From: Octopus sinensis
Taxonomy: Eukaryota
Length of the DNA stretch: 64,000 nt
Assembly (NCBI RefSeq): GCF_006345805.1
Contig: NC_042999.1
Span: forward strand, 87,048,001-87,112,000
Reading direction: 5' to 3'
A program made the position numbers and the translations under genes. Below the pieces are notes generated by a model. That model was not told where the DNA came from, did not search any database, and saw only the letters and a program-made list of their open reading frames with translations. Shown here piece after piece: positions 10,981 through 24,270 of this stretch (its first letter is position 1; every line of letters begins with the position of its first letter).

Positions 10981-11482
10981 TGAAAGAGAAAGAGATAAAT
11001 CAACTACTTCAGTGGATATGTGTGAGTGACATATCTTCATTATTTTAATAATTTAAATAATCAAACATATTTTACCACTTCATCATTATGTAAGTGATAG
11101 ATCTACAAACCCACAATGCTATACCCAACCAAAAAAAATTTAAATAATGCTGAAAACATTCTACAAACTACAAATACGCACAATACCTTATCACCTTAGC
11201 TCAGAACATTGCTAATAATTAAAGCAGGTGTCAACCTGCAGGAGCATAATGCTCATGCATCTGAGATGGCACTACTACTATGTACTTTCTAAATGGACCA
11301 ACATCAAGATAAGAACAGTTGCTTGTTGAACAAGTTTTACTTACAAATACTTGTTCACCCTTGAATTCTAGCCTTCCTTTCTTTTGTCTTTCACCTCCTA
11401 CTCATTATTTGCTTACTGTATACCTCCTATGTCTAAGTTTATGTGTTGTATCTGCCTTTTCCCTTCCCTTTAATTTATGTGT

Positions 11483-11790
11483 GAAGGCATGTGGCTTAGC
11501 AGTTAGGTTATTAGCTCACGATCATCAGGTTGTGAATTTCAAACCCAGTGGCATAGTCTCCTTGAGCAAAGCACTTTATTTTGCATTGTTGCAGTCCACT
11601 CAGATGACAAAAATTAGGAGTAGCTGTATTTCAAAGAGCCAGCCGTGTCACATTCTGTGGCATGATGCATCTTTCTGAGAACTACATTAAGGGTACATGT
11701 CTGGATTTCTCTACTACTTGCATATTAATTTCACAAGCAGGTTGTTTTGTTTACTGGATCAACTGGAACACACACTGTCATAAATGACCA
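11483..11790 (+). mobile_element. tRNA-derived SINE of another family
   Basis: Head GGCATGTGGCTTAGCAGTTAGG...GAATTTCAAACCC followed by a CCTTGAGCAAAGCACTT CORE/V-like motif. Confidence 0.6.
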
Positions 11791-12049
11791 GTTTTTAACA
11801 TTTTGATTAATATTTCCTCCTCAGGAAATTTTAATACATATCAGCATTAACTTTATATTCACTCACCAGTCTATCAGAGCCCATGAAGGCAATAAGCACT
11901 GTTCTTTTTTTCAAACTAACCAATATTTTTTAAAAATCAATTAAGTGGTGGTGGGGGGGGGAGAAGTAGAGTTGCTTCCCTTCCAAAACTTAAGGGAAAC
12001 TCAAATGCACAAAGATTTCTCAAAAATATTACTGCATACCTCCTACGTC

Positions 12050-12215
12050 TAAGTTTAGATAATGCAAAATAATGCAGTTTTTTTGTACTTGACTGCTGCT
12101 TATTCTAGTGACTCCAAAAGGATGAAAGATAAAGTCAACTTGGCAGAATTTGAGCTCAGAACTTGAAATGCTACTGAGCATTTTGTCCAGCATGCTAACA
12201 ATTCTGCCAGCCTGG
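12050..12215 (-). mobile_element. Decayed SINE of the GGTGAGCTGGCAGAA-head family
   Basis: AAAGGATGAAAGATAAAGTCAAC...GAATTTGAGCTCAGAA...GCATTTTGTCCAGCATGCTAACAATTCTGCCAG. Confidence 0.7.
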
Positions 12216-15200
12216 AAAAATATCATTGAATATGAATTACTGGTATTTTAAATATCAGTCACATTTACACATATAGAATTTAAAATTAAAAATGTGTAAG
12301 TTGTAGATACTAAGTATGAAACATTTTTCATTAAAATCTACAAAAATAACTTATCAAATCCTATATATTTTCAGCTGTGACATTTGGGCAAAGAACAAAA
12401 ATACAATACCATTCAAAGTGTGAATAGTTAAAGGATTAGGTCACATAAAATGGATTGGGAAGTGGGAGATATTAATGACAAAGTCATTCAAATGCTGGGA
12501 ATTGAAAAAAATAAAAATTTAAGTGTAAAGAACTGTTTTTCAAGTAACTGAACTATGTATTTTCTTAGTACAATTTAGATAAAAGATTAAAAAAATTTGA
12601 AAATTAAGTAGATTTTATTCAATCTCCTCCTTTAGAACTATGACTAATGCAGAAGGTATTTAATTTTCTTTTGCGATTTCGTAGAACATGAACACCTGAA
12701 TTCTAAAAAAATATATAAAATAATAAAAAGACATAACTAAATGAACCAGTATCTCTAATAATATCACCATTCTTGAACCCAGCATACTAGTGTACTGTAT
12801 AAGCACTAACCTGCATGGCAAACTAAAATTACTTAGAAGTATTTTAGAATAAGCTAAACAACAGTTTATATTTCCCCCTTAACTAAACATATTGAAAAAA
12901 AAACTGTCTCAGGCATGAGTGCACTTGATAAAAAGTTTTTTTTTTATTTTTAACTTTACCATAGTGGTTACAATTAAAATAAGTCACTTTACCCTGTGGG
13001 ACTGTCAAAATATACTTTTAGTAAAGCAGTCAAGGTGAAAAAGTGAGAAAAAAAAAAAAACCTACTCAGCAAAAATATATCAAAAATACACTTTCACTAC
13101 TTGCTCAAGTTATTTCAGATCTTAAATCTAACAACAAGAATTATTCAGTTTGTAGAATTTACATTGACAATAACACAGTGTGATGTTTAACTACATGTAC
13201 AAAATTGTACAATTAACTGCAGCCAGTGTGCTGTGTCCAGGACACAAAGAATAGAATTAGTTTGCCTCCTGTTTCACAGCTGAATGGTCAGTGATAGAAA
13301 GAGCACTGTAAATCAATAGCTTCATCAATACGCAATTATCCAAATATACAAAAGCCCTCCTGTTTAGGCCTGCAATTCTTATCCTAAGAAAAAAAAAAAA
13401 AACGGGGGAAAAAATTTGAAGATTCCAGTGAAGAAAATGAAAAATTATCTGCACTGTTTATATTAGATTTCTTTAATGCTGACTTTAATTAATAATGCTG
13501 TTAATGTTATGCAATAACAATATTACATATGGAAGAAAGTGAGATGGAATAGATGAAGGATAGGAAATAAAGAAAAACGATAATGAAACCCTGATTTAGA
13601 CTACAAAATAGATGAAGGAGGCAAGAAATGAAAAATAAAATACAAAATATTTCTTGGAATTAATTTTCTGCAAGAAATTTGAACTACTTGCAAACATTCA
13701 GTCAATATTTCCTTTTAGTTTTCATTCATCAGTTCTGTATTTTTAAAATTGGTTATAGTTAAGGTGCTGGAGTCCTAGATATACAGATTAGAATGCTTGC
13801 AAGCATAAGTCTGTCTGGTTGCAGGTGAAGTGGGACTAAACAACTAATCCAGATTTTGTTAACTGCCACAATGCTATTCTCTGGGATCAGACAGTTTTTT
13901 TTCTCTTTTTCTTTGGATTGTTTAGCTGAATATGCAAATATTATTCAATAGCGAAAGCATCTAGTTTTAAAATAATTTCCTTAATATACATTAGATTCAA
14001 ATTTTCAAAGATTCTTCTACCTATGCTAATGTAAAAAAAAATTAATTCCATTTCATTTTCATACAAGGTGTCAGATGGACAGCAGTTTATTAGATGCTCT
14101 TTACAGTATTAAATATATAGCTATATAGAGCGACACTAATTACATTCATGTGAACACAAGAGAAATTGTTTCTGAATAATAAAGCAAATGATTCCCTGTA
14201 TCACTTGCAGCAATTATTAATAAATCCAATCTCATAACACTACTCACACAATGTGAAGGAGGCTCAATTGAGAATCAAACAAGTTGCCTAACACAACAGC
14301 TCCAGTTTAGTTTCCTTTGTTTTTCTATTAATAGTTTTGCATTATGGCAAGAATTTTCAAATAAAATAATTACATTTATAGAAAATCTATAGTGGCTTTT
14401 AGAAAACCTTTTCTGTAAATGTTTACATAACAAAACTGAATCACGAGTTTGTTTAAATTCTGTTATACCAAATGGTGAGGTGTTTTCTGACAATTCTCAT
14501 TTATGTCCTCATCGCAGTCATGTTGTTTTAAGATGATAGAATAAGTAGATTTTTCAATATCTTAATATTATGCAGCTTCATCTTCTATAGGCCAATATAA
14601 TTACTATATCACTACATCAACCAGGATGTCATCAATTTGTATAACTTGTACATAGCAGTGCAATTGTCTTATTCTTTTCAGCCAATTATCTTCAACATTC
14701 ACCTCATATTGTCAGCTTTCTATCCAAGCAAAGAAGCCATTTTTGCCTAAGGCAGCTATTTTCAAACATTTTCCAATGACATCCTCTAATAATTACAGTT
14801 ACATTCTTTTTAGTACTTTCAGCAAATCACCTCAGCTCTCAATCAATTTTAATCTTTCATTACTGAAACCAATAGTTATGCCACTGTATATGACATACAA
14901 GTGCTGTCTACCTGAATTGAACCTGTGTTTTGTCAACACGCTAATTAAACTAAGAGCACAATATTGAATTCTTGATTCTTTTACTGTCTAACAAGGGTTC
15001 TCAAACCAGGGTTTGCAAGGAAAATTACAAGAGTAAAAAGTTTGTAAAAACACTAGATGTTTTTGAAGTAATCACAACTAGTTGCAATTTCGTAAGCCTG
15101 AAATGCAGCTGGCAAACCTTCATCACTGTAAATTTATGTTGTGCATATTTATTTGCCTCCCAGGAAACTATTTTTAATAAGTGCTTTCTAACTTCTGTAC

Positions 15201-16859
15201 ATGTAGAATTTCAATGAGAAAATGTACTGAATTTATTGAAAGTTACACTGAAAGTTTATTTATGTCATATAAACACCTATAACAGATTGCAGTAACAACT
15301 TGCATCTTCAACCATCTAAAACATTTTGTTGTTTTTTTTGCCTAGATATTTATGGTATCTTATAGCAAAAATAGTGATCATACAGAAAATCATATTTCTA
15401 ATTTAGTTGCACTGATACAATAATGGAAAGATTTTTCATTATGTATGTCAACTCTACAAAACCAATGAAGCTAAGTTGACATGTCATTTCTAAACTAATC
15501 CATTTTGAGCTCAGTGACAATCATGCGTTGAGCAAAATGTATTTAATCTGAAACATGAGCAATTTTGCAACTGAAACAGATTGGGCAGGTGTATCAACAA
15601 ATTGAAGTTAACCTGTATGCCATTTGTATGCTACCCCGAGAACAGCAACAAAATAAGAAACCTCACAGTTGCTAAAAGTTTGATTATGCTCTGCTGCAAA
15701 AATACTTTTGGCAGCATGCTGGGAAGAAATGCAGCAAGAAACTGAAAACTGATTTCTGAAATTGCATTATATTTTACATCATATATGTAAGATATCCTTT
15801 GACTGACACAGACAAGGTATCTTTACAATCCAACTTGACAAGCTCACGAATCCAAGTTTTAAAGAATTCTTGTCTTGTAAAATGGCAGTCAACAACACAA
15901 CTAATGGAGCTCCTGAAGTGCTGGATTGTAGACCTGTTAAATGTCAACTTGAAACTTGCCTAAAATTGTGTTACTTGGTGGAAAAAGCCAAACTCATCCA
16001 TTCCATTAAAAATTAGACATTAAATGAAATGAAATTACCAACAAAAAATGCAGATCTATTGTCTGTTCTAAAATAGCCATACGTTTTGCACTGGTGCTCC
16101 AGCATGGTCACAAACTGCAGACTGAAGCAAGTAAAAGATTCTTCACAAAGGTATAACACTGCTGTTAGGGACAAATGGTTATGTCAGAAGGGAAATAAAT
16201 TCAGAGCTCTGGTTATACAATACTTTGACCAATGATGTTTCTATCAGTAACTTTAATAATTCAAAACAATAGCTTAATTCACAGGTTTTAGTTCTCTTTC
16301 TCTCAATGTGTTATTAGCCAATTAGCATCCCATTAAATCTCAATAGGCTAAACACAATACACAAACATACATAAAACCACACACATCAACACTAAGACCG
16401 GTGTGTCTGCATAAAATCTTTGATTTCAAGTCTTTAATTTATGGTACTACCGAGAGACTTTTCAACTGATCATATCACTGACTCCCTTATACAACATAAA
16501 TGACCAATGATCAGACTACTTTTTAGCATCCTAACCAGTTCAAGTTTGAGATTAACAGTTACTACTGACACTGTAACTTTATATTTATTCAAGAAGTTAC
16601 AAACAAGCATAAGATAAAGCCTTCAAATTTTATAAAAAATAGTTTTTATCAAAAAAGGATATAAAGTTAGAGAAAAGTTATAAACTCAAAAAATACAAGA
16701 GAAAATAAAGAACATCTTTTATATCAAAGTTAAAACTAAAAGACCAAACACTAAAGCAGCTTAACCATTTAAAAAAAACAAAGATACAATAACACTTCAT
16801 TTTCAAGATGAAATTTTGGCTCACCTACTCATAATACTCTCTACAATGTTTAAGTGAGA

Positions 16860-17150
16860 ACCACAACGGGGAGCAGTACTCCCGTATCTAGAACTGCTGC
16901 TACACACATACATCCTCTACTGCTTCAAAGAAAGGCCATTTGGCTGATTGGCAGCAATTCACTCACCATCACACTCCAGCCACTGGCCCACATGCTTCCT
17001 CTCAACTTTTTCTATTACAACTATAGGGACCTTTCATCTCCACTAGCCAGTATACCCAGCTCCCCCACTCCCAGAATACTGGCCCTTTACAATTTCCTCC
17101 CTACATACGTTTTTCTGATATTATCAGAGACCTCATCAGTCTCAGAAGGT
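16860..17150 (+). mobile_element. CR1/L2-group LINE fragment (C-terminal to RT)
   Basis: Peptide LQRKAIWLIGSNSLTITLQPLAH resembles the IQRKAIRLI...LQPLAHRR region of CR1-like ORF2. Confidence 0.6.
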
Positions 17151-18559
17151 CATAGGTAAAGCCTCTTCCTCCAGTTAAAAAAAAAGAAAAGAAAAAAAGA
17201 AAAAGAAAACAAAGAAAAAATTTTTTTAAATCACATGTCTACTGAAACAAACTAAAATTAAGATATTTCAAACTTCAAATAATGTTGAATATACTGTTAA
17301 AAAGCTGAATTGTCTACAAAAACCTACAACTAAATGAAAACATTATATAGATCAGTATATAAATTCTTTTAAAACATTATCTAATGTCGACAGTACTTGT
17401 ACAAGTCAAATGGTTTTTATTCAGTTTATTCATGATGCAAGCTTATAACAAACACATCAGTGGCCTACTTAACAGAAGTCAGAAATATCATGTGACCTAA
17501 GCCGGATTCCAAATGGACTATTTGCCCTTCAGTGAGAAATGCCTGAAGTGATGCCTCACAAATTAGACAATATAAATTATTCATTGTTTGAACCTCTTAG
17601 AACAACCAGTCTCACCAAATGTAAAAATATAGTAACATGTACAATGGGAAAGAGACAAAAACCTTTTTACTTTGACAATTATTGTACATACAAATAGACT
17701 CACACACATATACACAAATCTAAGTTTATGGACGTACACTATATACACACACACACACACACACACACCAAACAAGATGCAATTAGAATTTTATCAAGCC
17801 TTTAAGTTGGAATTTGAATGGTATGAGTGGTTTACACAATAGTTTTCCTTCACACACACCCAATCATGAGATTTCATCTGAATAAAAACATTATATAGGA
17901 AGCAACATTTCCCTGATGTGATGAATAAAATGGAATAGAAGCACTACACAACCAAGGAGTGTTTCTTCTAATGTGGGTTTTCAGTAAAGGCAGCAGCATT
18001 CAAACTGAACACTAAAAGTATTTTTATTAAAATATTTTTGAATTGGTATTTAAGGTTTTATTGCTGTTTTTGATTGAGCCAAATAACAGAATTTTGCAAA
18101 TACAACCATTATACTTACCTTAAATTATTATAGATATCTACAATATCTATATTTCCAGGTAGGAAAAAAAGGGGAGGGAGGTACTCCAAAATTTTAATTA
18201 AAATGAATTATAGAATGCAATGAATTTAGCATTTAGTAATATAGTGATACTTCTGGATATGATTTGGGCTTATTCACATCCTCAATGATGCATAGTTTAA
18301 CCATGAGTAATAATAACTGAGAATAATACTTTCAGGACTGATTGGATATATTCAGCTTTATTTTCCTCAAGTTGAAAAAAATTAAGAAAAAAATCTGGAG
18401 AACACAAGTTATTTCCAACAGCAACTACAGGAATTTAATATTTTTAATTGTTACTTAAATGATTTAATTAAATACAAGTCGATTATTTGGTAAAGAAATA
18501 GGAGACTAATACAGTATATTTAGAAAGGAAAAAAAAAAAAAAAAAAAAACTCAACTTAC

Positions 18560-18616
18560 CAAGGCACTTTTGCCAACACCACCACTTCCTAAAACTACCA
18601 ATTTGTACTCCCTCAT
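18560..18616 (-). CDS. Rap1: Rap1 small GTPase, first coding exon (exon 18560-18630 including 14 nt before the ATG)
   Basis: Minus strand: ttttttccag|GCTATAAATCTACG ATG AGG GAG TAC AAA TTG GTA GTT TTA GGA AGT GGT GGT GTT GGC AAA AGT GCC TTG|gtaagt = MREYKLVVLGSGGVGKSAL. This matches the Rap1 N-terminus (Rap2 has YKVVV; Ras has MTEYKLVVVGAG) and contains the P-loop. The phase-0 intron after codon 19 matches my recollection of vertebrate RAP1A/B. Confidence 0.95.
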
Positions 18617-19149
18617 CGTAGATTTATAGCCTGGAAAAAATAGGAATTCATTAGGTTATTTTATTACAAAGCATCTTTGGCAATAGATCTTATGAAAGGA
18701 AAACTAAAAAATTTGTTTTTCAATAGAATTTTATAGATATAAAAGAATACACAACATTAACTTCTGGAAATCATCAAAATCTTTGGTTAAAAAAAAATGC
18801 ATGGAATTTTAACCAAACAGATTTTCAGGCATGGTCCTCATCACAACATTTTTACTAAACATATTTTAATCAAGTTTCTGTGAAAAGTTTTTTTTACAAA
18901 AACTGTTTCGGATATGTGTAAACAGGTACCTACTTAGTAAAATATTTCATCCTAAATGTATTTTTACATACAGGACAGCTGCATAAAAAAGTGCTGATCA
19001 CTTACAGTAGAAAAAGTCATGAAAGAGGGAAACCCAAGAAGACATAGGACAAAGTTTTGAAGTCTCAAAATGCTGAACTTTATGAAGGAGATGACAGCAG
19101 ACAGAGATATGTGGCACATTTCTATACCTGAGAAAACACACCCACCACA

Positions 19150-19395
19150 ACAGAAGTGAAATCCTAAAACCAAAATGCCATGTAAAAAGCTCTGGTGCTG
19201 GTGACGCTTAAAATGCACCTGTAATGTTGTCACATAAAAAGCACTCACTACACTTTGTAGAGTGGTTGGCATTAAGGACATCCAGTTGAAGAAAGCAAAC
19301 CAAAACAGACTATGGAACCTGGTGCAGCCCCAGGATTTACCAGTTCCTGTCAAGCCATCCAACCCCTGCCAGCATGGGAAATGGATGATGAAATT
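19150..19395 (+). mobile_element. RTE 3'-tail-derived short element
   Basis: AAAAAGCAC repeats then GGCATTAAGGACATCCAG...CCAGCATGGGAAATGGATGATG; reverse complement of the RTE 3' end at 52196-52380. Confidence 0.75.
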
Positions 19396-20353
19396 GTAGA
19401 CCAGCAGTCTGTGTTTCCATGTATAATTAGCATCAAGTCTGTAGTATTTGAACATTTTTTATTCACCATATAAGCATTACTAACTAAATTGTTTAGATTA
19501 AATATTGTAACACCTAACTACTGTTAGTCTCTGAGAAATTAGCGTCTGTGATTTATGGGTTAGGTTGGTTAGTAACATTAGCAAAAACTGGAAGAATATC
19601 AATGCTAGTGAAAAACTTTAAAGAATGGGGATATTTTATGACAATTAAAATAGCTTTTTAATGTAATAGCATATAATAGCCTTCAATAAGTTGGCTGATA
19701 ATGAATTCAGTTTGGGTGTAGCTCAAACTGCAAAACATGACATTACAAGGAATAAAATAATCATATTACTCTCTTACAAAGAGTGGAAATTACAGAGACA
19801 AGAGACTTTATAGAATCTAGAAGGGTTCTCAATGAAAACTTATAAATTCAGTTGCCATGAGGAGTGTAGAACTTAATGTTTCAGGCCTTGCCTTTAATTT
19901 AAGAGCAAGTAAAAAGGAAATAAGTGGTGTCGCTTATAATATCTAGTCTTGGGATCATCAATATTTTGCATTTAAATTTCATTAATCTTAACCTTGTCTT
20001 TCACCATTCTAATACCAATTTTATTGAGTATTCTATCTTAGTGGAAAATATTGTAAATGCAATTAAGCAAACAGAACACAGGAGAAACAAGTTTTAATAA
20101 ATACTGTATTTGCTTAATACACACACACGCATACATACATACACACACGAGTAAGACAACAAAGAATGAATATTGCACAACTTTATTAGTTAAGTGTTTT
20201 TGCACCAATCCATTTCTAACTCCACTGCATGTGAAAAGTTACGCAATATATGTGATTACTTTAGAGGGTGCACCTCATCAGACTAGCACCAAGTTATGCA
20301 TTTTATGGTGCTTATATATGGGGGAAACCTGACAATAAGTCACGTATATAGTA

Positions 20354-20727
20354 TCACTAGCAGTATAGCCCGGCGTTGCTCCGGTTTGTTTCGACCCTTT
20401 AGAAATGGAATCTTTGAATTTTGCATTATGTAGCTTGTCATTCTCTTTAAGTGAACATTTTTCTGGTTGAAATACACCAAAAAATGGCGACACAGCAGTA
20501 AAAAAAATTGTAAAAATAGGGATTTTCATACAAAAAAAGCACATTTTTACATGGTCTGATTTGAATTTTTTCTTCTATGGAATGAAGAGCAAGCCTTCTT
20601 CTATCATACTCTCAATTTTGATCAACTTGCGCTGCAGGGTCTTGGAGGAGATAGTGTTAGTTGAAGGCTACCAAACCTGCCACACACACACACACACACA
20701 GACAACTTCAGCTTTATATATAGAGAT
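20354..20727 (+). mobile_element. Non-autonomous Helitron-like element (Lep1/HINE-type architecture)
   Basis: Starts A|TCACTAGCAGTATAGCCCGGCGTTGCTCCGG; has a subterminal (CA)n and ends CTTCAGCTTTATATATAGAGAT|T; no TSD seen; CpGs retained. Confidence 0.7.
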
Positions 20728-20739
20728 TTATGTCCCCTT

Positions 20740-20900
20740 TTCTGTGTTGGCATAGATTGGACAGTTCGATAAGAACAGAAGAGACAGAAGGCTATGTCAG
20801 ATTCTATGTCAGTTTTGGCTTGGTTTCTACAACAGAATGCCCCTCCTAACACAAACCACATAACAGTGCACTGGGTGCTTTTTATGTGGCATCAGCACTG
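20740..20900 (-). mobile_element. RTE 3'-tail-derived short element
   Basis: TTTCTACAACAGAATGCCCCTCCTAAC...GTGCTTTTTATGTGGCATCAGCAC matches 52310-52390. Confidence 0.65.
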
Positions 20901-22765
20901 GTGAGATCACCAAGTATCAGCAAAATAAGACCTCTGAACTGAGTGGGAAATAGAATGGCGGAATAAGAAACTACGATAGAGGAGCAGATGTCTTGCTGGA
21001 AAGGTAGATACATGGCTTGCCCACTGGAAAGAGAGCAAGTGAGAGAAAGAGATATGAGGTCCAAATACAAGGTGAATATGAGACAATAGGATAGAAGAGT
21101 AGAAAAGGTAGCAGTGTTGGTAAGTGCACTGAGTGAAAATAGCATGACAAATGATTAGAGATAAGGTGCGCACACACACAAAGAGAGGGAGAGCAACTAT
21201 TTTATTTCACTGCTTTTAAAATCTTAGTTATGCAAGAAACAGTTATTGTTCTGGAAAAGAAATGATAATGTGGCAAGAACAGTAGCATACCTATAGGTAT
21301 GGTGCAGGTATATCTGTGTGATAAAGCAGTTCATTTTGCAACTCATTGGTTTGGATTCAATCCCAATGTGCAGTAGTGTGGACATTTATTCATTTATTTT
21401 TTTATCATAGCCTCAAACTGACCAATACCTTGTTGAAACTTGTCCTATGTGTAAAGAGAGTTTTTCTCCGGGACTGAATTTTTGTGTAAGCCATTATTAG
21501 GAGTTCCATGTTCTTGAACCTTAAGTATCTATGTACATAGCTTGCCCCAATTTATACCAGTAAAACAGACACATAACACACACTGCTTTTGAACTGTCTC
21601 TTGTTATTTGTTCCCAAAAAGCTCTCTGTAAAAAACACAGTGGACTAATGATTGGCATATTGAAAATCTATACCAACAATACTATTGTTCACCAATTGTA
21701 ATATCAAAAACATTTAGTTTTGTCCACTAAGAGCAATTTGGTTCTGGGATTAACTGAAATACTGAAATCACTGACTGTACCACCTCCACAAATTTTGTGG
21801 CTCTGCACCAAAGTTAAGTGCAAAGCCTCAAAAGTATTGTTAGTACAATACTCTAACCACTAGGCTTTGTGTCTTCACAAAGAAATAATTATTTTACTTT
21901 GAAGTGTAACCACTTCAGAAAAGAGAAAATTCCATGCTTGGCTCTTGCTAAATTTGAGCTGAACATAAACACTATATTAAACCTTACTCTTTAATAACTC
22001 AAAATTAACCCAATATGCAAAATGATTTTTCATAGAATTTTTACTGTATTAGCAGGTATGGGATAGTGCTGGAAATTTGGATATCTGCATATGAATTGTT
22101 GGCAAAACTTTTTACAGCTGGGTGCCTTTACTAACAGTTCACATTCAACCAAGAGTAATAACAGCAGCTATTTTCAGACAGGCAGACTAAATCAAGTAAT
22201 AGATTCTGCCTAGAAACATAGTACAGTGGTTGTATTAAATATTAGCAGACAACAAAATAATTTCTAACATAGAACTAGACACAAGGAAGTGAAATTCATT
22301 TAATCTGTTACGATGATCCACATAAAAATATAAACTGCACTAAATAGTCCTGCTTTGTTAATATTTTACATCTTCAACTATCAGCAGTATTTTTAAATTC
22401 TAAACACTAAGATAATTATTTCCATCTTATATCAGAAAATAATATCCAACAGACTTGCTTGTGAGGCCATTTAGAAATGCTATATAATATTCAGTGAATA
22501 AGTACTTATTGAAAAGTTTTAGAAAATATGCAGCAGGGAAACCTTTTCTAAATTCCTCAACAATTAAAAAAAAAAAAATGTAAAAGATATGTCAGAAAGT
22601 CTTATCAAAGCAGGAAAGTATCTTGAAATATCTTAGATGAATTCCAGCTAAACTCAATGCTATAGTGGTCTATATCAAATAATTGTAAATCCTAACATCT
22701 GGTATTAAGTTTTGCACAATAAAAGGGTATGTAATCAACAAATATAAAAAACACATTTCCAAATT

Positions 22766-24270
22766 AGAGTGAAAGAGAGAGAGACAATGAGAGCAAAAGA
22801 GAGACAATGAGCGCGAAAGAGAGACAGTGAGAGAGAGAGAGAGAGAGACAGTGAGAGAGAGAGAGACAGTGAGAGACAGTGAGAGAGAGAGAGAGAGACA
22901 GTAAGAGAGAGAAAGAGACAGTAAGAGAGAGGGAAGGAGAGACAGCGAGAGGGAGAGATAGAGAGAGACAGCGAGAGGGAGAGATAGAGAGACAGTGAGA
23001 GGGAGGGAGAGATAGAGAGACAGTGAGAGGGAGGGATAGAGAGACAGTGAGAGAGAGGGAAGGAGACAGAAAGAGAGAGGGAAGGAGACAGAAAGAGAGA
23101 GGGAAGGAGAGACAGAGAGAGAGAGGGAAGGAGAGACAGAGAGAGAGAGAGGGGGATAGAGAGAGAGAGACAGTGAGAGAAAGGAGAGACAGCGAGAGAG
23201 AAAGAGAGAGAGAGACAGCAGGAGAATGAGAGAGATAGCGAGAGAGTGAAAGAGACAGCGAGAGAGAAGAGAGAGAGAGAGGGTGAGAGTGAGAGAGAGA
23301 GAGACAGCAGGAGAATGAGAGAGAGAGAGAGTGAGAGAGAGAGAGGGAAGGAGAGACAGAGAGAGAGAGAGGGTGAGAGTAAGAGAGGGTGAGAGTGAGA
23401 GAGAGAGGGGTGAGAGTGAGAGAGAGAGAGAGGGGTGAGAGTGAGAGTGAGAGAGAGAGAGGGTGAGAGTAAGAGAGGGTGAGAGTGAGAGAGAGAGGGT
23501 GAGAGTAAGAGAGAGAGAGAGTGAGAGTAAGAGAGAGAGAGAGTGAGAGTAAGAGAGAGAGAGAGTGAGAGTGTGAGAGTGAGAGTAAGAGAGAGAGAGA
23601 GTGAGAGTAAGAGAGAGAGAATGATAGTAAGAGAGAGAGAATGATAGTAAGAGAGAGAGAATGATAGTAAGAGAGAGAGAATGATAGTAAGAGAGAGAGA
23701 ATGATAGTAAGAGAGGGAGAATGATAGTAAGAGAGGGAGAATGATAGTAAGAGAGGGAGAATGATAGTAAGAGAGGGAGAATGATAGTAAGAGAGAGAGA
23801 GAATGATAGTAAGAGAGAGAGAGAGAGAATGATAGTAAGAGAGGGAGAATGATAGTAAGAGAGGGAGAATGATAGTAAGAGAGGGAGAATGATAGTAAGA
23901 GAGAGAGAATGATAGTAAGAGAGGGAGAATGATAGTAAGAGAGGGAGAATGATAGTAAGAGAGGGAGAATGATAGTAAGAGAGGAGAATGATAGTAAGAG
24001 AGAGAGAATGATAGTAAGAGAGAGAGAGAGAGAATGATAGTAAGAGAGAGAGAATGATAGTAAGAGAGAGAGAGAGAATGATAGTAAGAGAGAGAGAGAA
24101 TGATAGTAAGAGAGAGAGAGAATGATAGTAAGAGAGAGAGAGAGAGAGAGAGAATGATAGTAAGAGAGAGAGAGAGAGAGAGAATGATAGTAAGAGAAGA
24201 GAGAGAGAGAGAATGATCGTAAGAGAGAGAGAGAGAGAATGATCGTAAGAGAGAGACAGAGTGAATGAAT
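22766..24270. repeat. 1.5-kb compound (GA)n micro/minisatellite; distal part is roughly 30 copies of GAGAATGATAGTAAGA(GA)n
   Basis: Direct reading; unit zones change along the array (GAGACA, GAGT, GAATGATAGTAA). Confidence 0.97.

Noticed and set aside
11848-11905. Minus-strand donor (CTG|gtgagt) preceded by an open frame TVLIAFMGSDRL
   Set aside because: No convincing acceptor or polypyrimidine tract and no similarity to Rap1 or a protein I recognise.
14200-15250. Possible hAT transposase remnant (CAAGGGTTCTCAAACC near 14991)
   Set aside because: Only a TIR-like word; no matching second end, TSD or recognisable protein motif.
22766-24270. CRISPR-like periodicity of GAATGATAGTAA units
   Set aside because: The spacers are only variable (GA)n, not unique sequence; eukaryotic context; no cas genes.
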